From the NCBI RefSeq assembly GCF_006345805.1, contig NC_043011.1, positions 32,810,464-32,874,463 of the forward strand: a DNA stretch of 64,000 bases. The letters are read 5' to 3'. Shown here piece after piece: positions 41,983-53,002 of this stretch; the stretch's first letter is position 1, and the number at the start of each line of letters is the position of its first letter. Origin of the DNA: Octopus sinensis (lineage: Eukaryota). Position numbers and translations under genes: made by a program. The notes under the pieces were generated by a model. It was not told where the DNA came from, did not search any database, and was given only the letters and a program-made list of their open reading frames with translations.

Positions 41983-42277
41983 TTGCTGGCTTTGCTGGGT
42001 GGAGGTGGTTATCTCCACTTTGAAAACATAAGGACACAGAAAATGTGGCAAGTCCAACAGGAAACAATGTTTCCTAGGGCTAAATAACAGTAGCATTCTT
42101 CCCTTTTATGGGACTGTCACATTAAGTTGACAACATGCTATCACTTTAAGTTTACAGTTGTTTGTCTGAAAGCTTTAGCAGTGGAGATCACAGATGATAT
42201 ATAAACATCTTATTGTTCTTTGAGTAAGTAGTAAAATAACCAAAAATCCTGTTACAGATTTCAGAGGATTGCTTCCT

Positions 42278-42760
42278 CATCATCATCATTGTTTAACGTC
42301 CGTTCTCCATGCTAGCATGGGTTGGACGGTTCGACCAGGGATCTGGGAAGCCAGAAGGCTGCACCAGGCTCCGGTCTTATCTGGCAATGTTTCTACAGCT
42401 GGATGCCCTTCCTAACGCCAACCACTCCGTGAGTGTAGTGGGTGCTTTTTACGTGCCACCTGCACTGGTGCCAGGCGAGGCTGGCATTGGCCACGGTCGG
42501 ATTGGTGCATTTTACGTGCCACCTGCACGGAAGCCAGTCGAGGCGGCACTGGCTTCGGCCACGATTCAGATGGTGCTTTTTACATGTCACCGACACGGAA
42601 GCCAGTCGAGGCAGCGCTGGCATCGGCCACGATTCGAATAGTGCTTTTTACGTATCTCCAGTCCAGGGGTCCTGGCATCTGCCGGGTGCCAGTCATAGGA
42701 TTGGTTCAATTTCGATTCCGATTTCACTTGCCCCAACAGGTCTTCGCAAGCAACAGGTCT
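42278..42760 (-). mobile_element. family C retroposon with internal tandem units
   Basis: Colinear with 60173-60600, with one extra unit. Confidence 0.82.
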
Positions 42761-43146
42761 TCGTCATTTGAAAAAAAATTCTTTTATCGCAGTTACCCAG
42801 AGAATTTGAATCTAAATCACTATACATTAGCAGTGGCTTATAAGTTTTCCTGATTTTCATATAATACATTAGTTGACCATATAGTTCACTCTGCTGGGTG
42901 GTTGGTGTTAGAAAGGGCATCAGGCCATAAAAACTCTGCCAAACAGACACAGAAGCCTGGTTCGGGCTCCTGCCTCACTGGCACCTGTCAAACTGTCCAA
43001 ACAATGACAATGATAACGATAGTTTTTAATTAGGATAGGTTTATGCAGAATGCAATATGACTCAGAACCTCTGAAACCAGTATAAATAACAGTGCATTTA
43101 TCTACATTATGTATATTCAAGTATCTATTTAAATATATATTATATG

Positions 43147-43310
43147 CCGTATTTTAACACGTATAAGGAAACCCCTAATTTTGTGCACTTAAAATTTGGA
43201 AAAACGGTTTTGAAAGGGATTTTAATACTATCCATGTATAAGAAACTCCCATATTTTTTTTAACCTAATTTTTGACAAAAAAAGGGTTCTTTATTCACAT
43301 TAAAATACAA
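43147..43310. mobile_element. degenerate CCGTA-type (Tc1/pogo-like) MITE
   Basis: ccgtattttaacacgtataag ... ttattcacattaaaatacaa imperfect TIRs; related single ends near 46690-46760 and 50730-50763. Confidence 0.45.
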
Positions 43311-44446
43311 TAATCCCCTGTAATATAGGCACATGGCATAAAATTTTAGATGAGTGAATAGTTGATTGCTGTGACTGTAGTGCTTGGCATTTGTGTTATT
43401 GACCCGAGAAGGATGAAAAGCAAAGCCACCCTTGGTGGAATTTTAATTCAGAATGTAAAGAACGAGAAGAAATGCTGCTGAGCATTTTGTCTGGGATGCC
43501 AATGATTCTAATGATTCTGGTATTTGGCCACCTTAATGTGTATATTGTAATATTGGTAGAAAATTATTATTTCTAAATCTCTGAATGAGATATATTCAGA
43601 AACAGTTACTCTAGAGTAAAGATTATTTGCCAACATAATGTCGCAAACCCTAATCAAGACTGCCACTTTATGTTGCCAAATATTCTTTACTCTGTTGTAA
43701 TATTGATTTCTAATTTTGGCACAAAGCTAGTAAGTGCAAGGAAGGGACTGGGTCCATTACATTGACCTCAGTGCTCAACTGGTACTTATTTTATCAAGAC
43801 TGAAAGGATGAAAGGCAAAGTTGACCTCAGCAGAATTTGAACCGGGGACGTAAAGATGAACGAAATACCACCAATCATTTTGCCCACTGTGCTAACAATC
43901 CTGCCAGCTTGCCCCCTTATTCATCATCATCATCATTGTTTAACGTCTGTTTTCCATGCTGGCATGGGTTGGACGGTTCGACTGGGGGTCTGGGAAGCAG
44001 GAGGCTGCACCAGGCTCCAGTCTGATCTGGCAGTGTTTCTACAGCTGGATGCCCTTCCTAACACCAACCACTCCAAGAGTGTAGTGGGTGCTTTTTACGT
44101 GCCACAGGCACAAAGGCCAGAGAGGGCTGGCATCGACCACATTATATAATGTAATATAATAAACAGTTCAATCCAAGGAACTTAGTGATTATCAGCATTA
44201 ACAAGTAGGATGTATGGAAAGTTTGCAAAGTAGAATCAGTTTGGTTTACTGCATGGATAGAGAGGCAGAGGAGGAGAAAGAATCTGATGATTCTGGTAGA
44301 GTTCTTCACCAGAAGAGCAATGTATTGATTACCAATGGTATTAATTTTTTTGTCTCTCCAATGAGGGGCCACACCTAAATTGACAGACCTTTCCTTTCCT
44401 TCATTGCCTTACAACAAAACTAGCATATTCTTCTTTGTAAACCATT

Positions 44447-44503
<57 letters not shown>

Positions 44504-44928
44504 TGTGTGTGTGTGTGTGCGACAATGGGCTTCTTTCTGCTTCCATCTTCCAAATCACTCACAAGGCAATGTGTCAGCCTGGGTTTGTAGTAGAAGACAC
44601 CTGCCCTAGGCACCACACAGAGGGACTGAACATATGAAGCCATGTCAAGGGGAAGCAGATTTCTTACCACACAGCCATGTCTGTACTTATGCATGCATGC
44701 ATACATACATACATATTTACAGACAGACAGATACATACATACATACATGCATGCATACATACATCTAGATATGCAGCTATATGCATGAGAATACATACAT
44801 AAAACATACAAATCTGCACATACATACCCTGTTGTTGATGTTGAAACTCCAATGAAGGAACCTTGGATCTGGGTTAGAAACCAGTTCTTTCTCTATTGGC
44901 AAGAAATCTTGAAATAAACTGAATTATG

Positions 44929-44929
<1 letters not shown>

Positions 44930-44960
<31 letters not shown>

Positions 44961-45238
44961 ACATACATACATATATACATATATACATGCATGCATACAT
45001 ACATACATACATACATACAAACATACATACATACATACATGCATACATACATGCATACATACATACATACATGCATACATACATACATACAAACAAACAT
45101 ACATGCATACATACATGCATACATACATACATGCATACATACATACATACATACATACATGCATACATACATACATACATACATACATGCATACATACAT
45201 ACATGCATACATACATACATACATGCATACATACATAC
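44930..45238. repeat. (TACA)n/(TGCA) tetranucleotide repeat
   Basis: Direct inspection. Confidence 0.95.
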
Positions 45239-45476
45239 CTGTATGTATTGTATTATTACATGTATGTATATATACATTAGTGTTTGTTTTTAATGAAAAG
45301 TTATATCAAAACAAGTTGACATTAAGCCAAGCTGTATGAAAACAATTTGACATTAATCTGAAGGACTTTTTATCAGAAAATTGTTTTTTTTTAAACTTCT
45401 ACAAGTACAGGGTTGGCAGCAGCTTCAAAGTTTCAACCTTTGTGTGTGTGTGTGCGCATATACATACATACATACA

Positions 45477-45524
<48 letters not shown>

Positions 45525-45535
<11 letters not shown>

Positions 45536-45896
45536 AATAGTAAAAAGTGCAAAAACTACAGAAGGCTTGTTTTAAAAGGTTAAAAAATATATATTTGAGT
45601 CAATATGTCTGAAGAATATTATAAATTTTTTTCTTACAATGACATAGTTTAGAAGAAATGACCGGTTTGCGTTCAGCTTTTCAAACATAACGATGTAAGA
45701 AATTTGAAAAGCTGAACGCGAAACCGGTCATTTCTTCTAAACTATGTCATTGTAGGAAAAAAATTTTTAATATTCTTCAGACATATTGACTCAAATATAT
45801 ATTTTTTAACCTTTTAAAACAAGCCTTCTGTAGTTTTTACACTTTTTACTATTTTCTATATATTCAACCAAGTTCTTTCACAAACCAACTTTCTCA

Positions 45897-45898
<2 letters not shown>
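45525..45898 (+). mobile_element. ~160-bp-arm palindromic element with a central hammerhead motif, inserted in (TA)n; Penelope inverted-pLTR-like
   Basis: 45525-45685 is a near-perfect reverse complement of 45703-45862, with a 17-nt spacer. A ~36-nt extra tail follows on the right arm only. (TA)n lies on both sides. Confidence 0.8.
45697..45736 (+). ncRNA. minimal type I hammerhead motif with U3-A8 core variant (predicted cleavage after C45729)
   Basis: aagaaat-TTGAAAA-GC tgaac GC-GAAA-ccgg-TC-atttctt. Perfect 7-bp helix I, 2-bp helix II, palindromic CCGG helix III, GUC triplet. Confidence 0.68.
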
Positions 45899-45955
<57 letters not shown>

Positions 45956-46074
45956 ATGTATATGTATACCCAGTGTATTCTTCAATTTGTTTGAAGATCA
46001 TGAGTTCAAAACTGGTGTTCCTTGTTCCTAGTAAAGGAAAACAAAAATCAGTAATAATATAAAATTCTTTTTAT

Positions 46075-46475
46075 TCTTTTTTATTCATTTACTTGTTTCA
46101 GTCATTTGACTGCGGCCATGCTGGAGCACCGCCTTTAGTCAAGCAAATTGACCCCAGGACTTATTCTTTGTAAGCCTAGTACTTATTCTATCGGTCTCTT
46201 TTTTGCCGAACCGCTAAGTTACGGGGACGTAAATACACCAGCATTGGTTGTCAAGCAATGCTACGGGGACAAACACAGACACACAAATATATACACATAT
46301 ACATATATATACGACGGGCTTCTTTCAGTTTCCATCTACCAAATCCACTCACAAGGCTTTGGTTGGCCCGAGGCTATAGTAGAAGACACTTGCCCAAGGT
46401 GCCATGCAGTGGGACTGAACCCAGAACTATGTGGCTGATACGCAAGCTACTTACCACACAGCCATTCCTGCGCCT
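46075..46475 (-). mobile_element. SINE family A, full length
   Basis: Reverse complement of 4156-4617. Confidence 0.88.
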
Positions 46476-46912
46476 ATGTTATCTATTAATATTGGTGACT
46501 TTAGAGAGTTTGGTTTTGATTAGGCTGTAGTTTCTAGCTGATCAAGTAACCACATATTAATGATATTATATACTGTACTGTATTATGTTATATCATACGA
46601 TATTGTACTGTGTGGCATTTTATGAATTAGTATTTTTTTCTTGTCTAAAAGTCATACTATATTACTCTTGACTTTGACTGAAAAATCTGGGGTGTGACCT
46701 ATATTCTGGGAAAAGTGAAAAATGAATGGGGTATGGTCTATACATGAGTAAATATGATATATTGCATTTTATTTTGAGTTTAACAGTCTGGCAAAATGAT
46801 ACTATTCTACCTCAGTAATTAATTTCAGAACTTATAGACTTGTAAACTTAACTTGTTCTGTATATTTAGGTGAAAACCAGTTTGGACTTAATGCTTCTGG
46901 CTTTTTTTTGAA

Positions 46913-46950
46913 ATGCCATCAAACCAAATTCTTGAAATACTTCTGCAAAG
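46913..46950 (+). CDS. C2H2 zinc-finger gene, first coding exon (exon 46870-46950; MPSNQILEILLQ-R)
   Basis: Acceptor tatatttag|G at 46869/70 and strong donor AAG|gtaaga at 46950/51. ATG 46913 has in-frame upstream stops and is followed by 38 nt (phase 2). AG+G gives Arg and continues exactly in the frame of the 55754 exon (ADFEKSVTMNG). Confidence 0.72.
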
Positions 46951-49900
46951 GTAAGAAATTGTTTACATATTAAACATTACCTTGTGTGCGCATGTGTGTA
47001 TGTGTCAAGGGGAGAGTGTATGCATTTGTATGAGTGATTAGAGGTTATTGTGTTTGTAGGCCAGAGTTTCATGTCTTGTTGACAAACGTTTTCTATGTAA
47101 TCAGGTAAAACTCTTTGCATGTTGGTATCTATCTTACTTGAAAGTGTGTAGGGAAGCTAGCATGTGATGGATTATCTTTCCCGCCTAGATTCCTTCCTTC
47201 CTTCATTCGTTATCTTTTGATCAAACATCACTTGAGTGTAGAATATCTTAAGTGAGATTATTGGTCGAGTAGGACTGAGTAGATTGACAGCCTAGGATAA
47301 AGAGATAGATTTTGGTGGAACATAAAATCACAAATTCTATGAGGTTGTGTTGGAATCTACTACAGCTTTCAAGGCACTTAACAACTCATGGTAATCATCA
47401 TCAGTTACCATCATCATCATCATCGTCGTCGTTTTAATACCTGTTTTTTTTTCATGCTGGCGTGGGTTGAATGAGACCTAATGAGGTAGGGCTCTACAGT
47501 TGGGTGCCCTTTCTTTTACTGATTCTTGTTTCCTTTAGTCTTTCATTCCCCACCCCCACCCTCTCTCTCTCTTTATGTGTGTACATATATATTTTTTTAT
47601 TCTTTTACTCATTTTGGTTATTTGACTGTGGCCATGCTGGTGCACCACCTTGAAGGGTTTTAGAAAGACAAATTGACCCCAGGACTTATTTCTTAAGCCT
47701 AGTATTTATGCTATCGATCTCTTTTGCCTAACCACTAAGTTATGGGGACATAAACACACTAACACCAGTTGTCAAATGGTGATAGACAGGTATATTTAAT
47801 GCACAATATATGGATTTATCTAATCTGGGGATACTCATGAGAGAGATCCTTCAGTGGACCAGGCTACAAACCACATAGTAAACCAGTACATTTTTATATG
47901 CGTATATTGTAGGATGGATGATATTCTATAAATCTGATAAGCTAGCCTTCTATATTTGTATTAGCGTGTAGAATGTACAATACTATTATATAATTTATAA
48001 CATATACCCTAGTGCAAACATCATCATCGTCATCGTGTAACGTTCACTTTCCATGCTGGTATTATACACTAAAATAAATTCTTTTCCCATGATGTTGGCT
48101 GTGAAATGCTCAACATTTTATGGATATCAACTGATGAAATGAAATATATTTATTTCATACCTCCTGACTTTCTATATATTCCACACATAAATATCATCAT
48201 CATCATCATCATCATCATCATTTAACGTCTGTTGTCCATGCTGGCGTTGGTTGAACAGTTTGACCGGTGGTACGTAAAATGCACCCACTACACTCTCGGA
48301 GTGGTTGGCATTAGGAAGGGCATCCAGCTGTAGAAACCTTGCCAGATCAGATTGGAGCCAGGTACTGACTACTACTATCACTGCTGCTGCTGCTACTACT
48401 ACTACTACTACTACTACAACAACACACTCTTTGTTGTTCATATACAGGGTGGATGGATGCTGCTGGAAAGACTGAACACATCTCACTTCTCTCTATCCTC
48501 TTTGGTCTTATATCCTTAACATTGGGGTGTTGATAGTGGTGGGCACCGGTGGTGGTGGTGGTGGCAATTGCAGCTGTGGTTGTTTTGGTGGTGGGGAAGA
48601 GGAAGAATGATAGATAAGATTGATAAAATCAAAAATATTAACAATGAGTATATTGAGTACAGTGTTCTGGTGCACTACAACTCATCGAAAAATTTCACGA
48701 ACTGTTACTGAGAGTTTCACATGACTGTTCATCAGGCATTTGTGATATATATGAGTGTGTTGTTAAGTAGCCTGCCTCCCAGCTATGTGGTTTCAGGATT
48801 AATCTTACCATGTGGCATCTTGGCCAAGTACCGTTTGCTATAGCCCTGGCTTGACCAAAGAGCTGTAAATGCAACTTGGTAGATGGAAACTGGGAGAAGC
48901 TTGCTGTATGTGTGTGTGTGTGGTGGGTTACCTCATCTAGACATCACGTGATGGTTGTAAATGAGCATCACTGTCAAACAAGTGATGTTCTTTGTTCGCA
49001 GTCTTTCATGAAAAACATATCTGGCCACAGGAAAGTATTACTTTACCTGGAAGCAGGAAAGGCGGCGAGCTGGCAGAATCGTTAGCATGCTGGGCGAAAT
49101 GCATAGTGGTATTTCATCTGCCGCTTTGTTCTGAGTTCAAATTCTGCCGAGGTCGACTTTGCTTTTCATCCTTTCGGGGTCGATAAATTAAGTACTAGTT
49201 ACGCACTGGGGTCGATATAATCGACTTAATCCGTTTGTCTGTCCTTGTTTGTCCACTCTGTGTTTATCTCTTTGTGGGTAGTAAAGAAATAGAAAGGGTC
49301 AGTGACAACAAGGACATCTGGCTAAGGAAAACCTGCTTCTAAAAACTCTGTCTGACCTATGCCAGCATGGGAAGAAGTGGACATGATGATGATAATGGTA
49401 TATTCAAAAGGAGCTTTAATTAAAACCTAACTGCATCTTTTATTCCCTTATTACTTACACATGATTCTAAAATAACCCACACCCCTTCAGTGGGGCACGC
49501 ACCCCTTTTTTGAGAAACAATGATACATGACTTCAAACAAAAGGGTCACATAATATTGATAGTAGGCTGTTTGCTGATAAGGGTTTTACTGTTTCATTTG
49601 ACAGACGTGGCTGTGGGGTAAGGAGTTTGCTTCCCAACCATATGGTTCCAGTTTCAGTCCCACTGCACAACACCTTGGGCAAGTCTCTTCTATGTCCTTG
49701 GGCCAACCAAATTCTTGCAAGTGGATTAGGTAAATGGAACCTGAAAGAAACTCTTTGTATATACATACAAATACACATATGTGTGTTTGCCTTCAACCCC
49801 CACCACCAACTACTTGACATCCAATGTTAGTTTGTTTATATCCCTGAAACTTAGTTTGGTAACAAATTCCAATAGAATAAGTGCCAGACTTTAAAAAAAG

Positions 49901-51806
49901 ACAGTACCAGGGCTGATTTGTTCAGCTAAACTTTTCAAGGTGGTGCCTCCACAGGGTAAAATATCAAGATGCTGTGTGTGTGTGTGTGTGAATGCTTACA
50001 TATGTATAAAGTGTGTGTGTGTGTATGTATGTTGTGTCTCTGTCTTAACATCACAGGAGAGTTTTAAATGAGAATCACAATAATTTCAAGCGCAGGAAGA
50101 CTCGTTCCCAGTCTTCCTTGGAAAACATGTCCAGTCAAAGGAAACATTACCCTGTTCCGAAACAGGTGAGGCTTAGCCACAGGAAGGACATCAGGTTGCA
50201 GAAGATCTTTCTCAATGAACTCCACCTGATCCATGCAAGCACAGAAAAGCGGACATTAAAAATAACGATGATGATGATGACGATGATGTATCCATGTAAG
50301 GATCATTATGAAATATAATATAGCCACAGCCATTTGCTCCCGCATCACATACAAGAACTCGCCCTCAGTTTCGGTAGCAGGCTTATCAATAAACAACGTT
50401 CACAAACTACTTTTATTATTCGTAAAAAAAAAATTTCAAGGCGGCGAGCTGGCAGAATCGTTAGCATGCTGGACAAAAAAAAAAAAAGGCTTAGCAACAT
50501 TTTGTCTGTCTTTACGTTATGAGTTCATATTCCGCGGAGGGTTGACTTGGCCTTTTATCCTTTCAGGAGTCGATAGAAAAGTACCAGTTACGCAGTGAGG
50601 TCAATGTAATCGACTAGCTCTCTCCCACAAAATTTCAGACCTGTGCCTGTAGTAGAAAAGGTTATTTATAAATAATTTCATAAAAAATGCTTTTTACCTA
50701 AAATTTGTATGAAAAAGATTTAACACTAAATTAGGGGTGCAACTTATATACGAGTAAATACGTGAATTTAAAGTTACGTTGGTAATGAGATACCTGAGCT
50801 TGGCTCTTTTTTTCAATCAAGTAACTCAATTCTATACAGCTTTTAAAGCGGCATACCTGTATATTAGTCTCAACTGATGGCGTTGCACTAAATTTATTTT
50901 TTAATTGTAAACATTGTCAGGAACCCTTGTTTACAATAAGCGGATGGGAACAGCAAATGGCTCTCCACTCGTTTTATAGACGTGCTGTTGTGTTTCTATA
51001 AAATGGTTGCATTTAGTTGGTTACGTAGCTCAGGGCTGCTAGGATTACTTGTACAAAAGTTGGAGAAACCCCTGAAAGAGAAAAATGGTTTTATATTAGC
51101 TTGTGTTATGTCCCCTGAACAAGGTACATAACTCTACTTTCTCCCTTTTGACTGATTGACATGAAACGAAACTCTCAACTTCATGGTTGAGTGGTTAGCA
51201 ATAGGAAAGGTCACCCACTTGTAGAAAAACAGCAAAAACAAAAAAAAAAGGAACAGAAAATAAATATAGGTGTAGGAGTGGCTGTGTGGTAAATAGCTTG
51301 CTTACCAACCACATGGTTCCGGGTTCAGTCCCACTACGTGGCACCTCGAGCAAGTGTCTTCTACTGTAGCCTCGGACCGACCAAAGCCTTGTGAGTGGAT
51401 TTGGTACCGAAAGAAGCCCGTTGTATATATGAATATATATATATATATATACGTCACGATGTGTTACCGCTACTGTATATAACTCACTTTGATATTTATC
51501 ATTGTTTGATTTCACTTTTTCAATATCAGCAACAGTGGGCGCTGGAAAAAGTATAAGTATTTGTGAAGGAAATCTAATTCTCGGCGACAACTATGATTGT
51601 CACACGCTGACGAGAGGTCAATACCTTGAAACTCGAGTCCGTGTGTATCATAAGTTGAAGACGGGAAGGATGACTTCCCTTTGCAAATACTGACAGGACA
51701 CAGAAAGTGTGTCTATGGCCAGCTGGAGGAGTGTGTCCTCCTGGGGCTAAAAACTACAGTAGCATCCACCCTTAGGGGTTAGCCATATTGAAATGGCAAA
51801 AATACG

Positions 51807-51852
<46 letters not shown>

Positions 51853-52349
51853 CGTGTGTGTATGAGAATGAGGGATATGACAGTGACTTATTATTATTAT
51901 TATTAGTAGTAGTAGTAATTGTAGCAGTAGTAGTATTTTGGTTCTGCCAGTAGTAACTTGCAGAATCGTTAGCATGCCGAATGAAATGCTTAGCAACATG
52001 TCATCTGCCGCTATGTTCTAAGTTCAAATTCCACTGAGGCTGACTTTGCCTTTCATCCTTTCAGGGTCGATTAAATAAGTGCCAGTTACGCACTGGGTTC
52101 AATGTCATTGACGTAATCCCTTCCCCCAAATTTGAGGCATTAAGGTGGAAAGCTGGCAGTATGTCATCTGTCACAACATTCTGAGTGCAAATTCTGCCAA
52201 GGTTGACTTTGCCTTTCATCCTTTCGGAGACGGTAAACTAGATACCAGTTGAACACTGGGTTCAATGTAATTGACTTACCCCTCCCTCAAAATTTCAGGC
52301 CTTGTTCCTATAGGAGGAAAGACTATTATTATTATTATTATTATTATTA

Positions 52350-52391
<42 letters not shown>

Positions 52392-52696
52392 CATTATTAT
52401 TGTTATCATCATTATTATTATTAAAAGTTTTTCTTTGGTAGTTTTATGTGAGTTTCTGTTGTGTCACCTGGTGTATTCCTATATTCTTGAGGTGTGTACA
52501 GCATCATATTCCTGTTTTCTAGGGGAATGGAGGAGTGTAGACTCCACCTGTTGCTGTACTCCATCAGAATATTTTATTGTGGGGGTTTAGTTTCTTGTTT
52601 TATTTGAGTGCATTCTGTTGTGCATGGTGTGTACAGTGTTACCTTTTTGGGGCCTTAAGCTTCTTGTTGTTGATGCTGTTGTTAACATTATAATTA

Positions 52697-52699
<3 letters not shown>

Positions 52700-52733
<34 letters not shown>

Positions 52734-53002
52734 CATTAATATGATTATAGACATCATACAGTTTACAATATTGTGAGGTTGTTGATTGAAGATATTGTGC
52801 CTACTGGGGGTTTGCACTGTTTGTCAAGTCACAACAAGGACCTCAAACAGACAGTACTTTATGCAATATGCGTGCAATTCTAAGTAATGCTGACTTTTGC
52901 AATACATCTAGATTATAGGGTATTTCTAAGGTTTTCAAATGTTTTTTTTTTTTCAGATTGGGTGGTATTGAACCCAGTGCTCCGATTACAACAGAGATAA
53001 CC
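52700..53002 (-). mobile_element. R4/Dong-like non-LTR retrotransposon 3' end with (TAA)n tail
   Basis: Minus strand reads approximately ISVVIGALGSIPPNL..HLKTLEIPYNLDVLQKSALLRIARILHKVLSV* (stop 52843-45), typical of the R4/Dong C-terminus; ends in TAA repeats. Confidence 0.72.

Larger units (their letters stand above)
41111..42163 (+). mobile_element. hammerhead-containing tandem repeat (3 x ~273-284 bp) preceded by an inverted partial copy; retrozyme / Penelope-pLTR-like
   Basis: Direct units start at ttcacttgaa 41332, 41607 and 41880. 41111-41291 is the reverse complement of the unit's 3' two-thirds. Each unit carries (C/T)TGATGA...GAAACTAGTC. Confidence 0.82.

Noticed and set aside
42441-42660. 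CRISPR-like repeat/spacer look (ggtgctttttacgtgccacc every ~65 bp; also 60339-60490)
   Set aside because: The spacers are homologous to each other, the array is inside a retroposon, the context is eukaryotic and there are no cas genes.
44874-45339. MYVC/HTYI-repeat ORFs (also 13847-14290, 28885-29517, 62100-62913)
   Set aside because: Microsatellite translations.
48705-48738. Minus-strand CTGATGA-ACAgtcaTGT-GAAA hammerhead-like string
   Set aside because: No pairing helix I or helix III; it lies next to a CR1 3' tail remnant and is probably chance.
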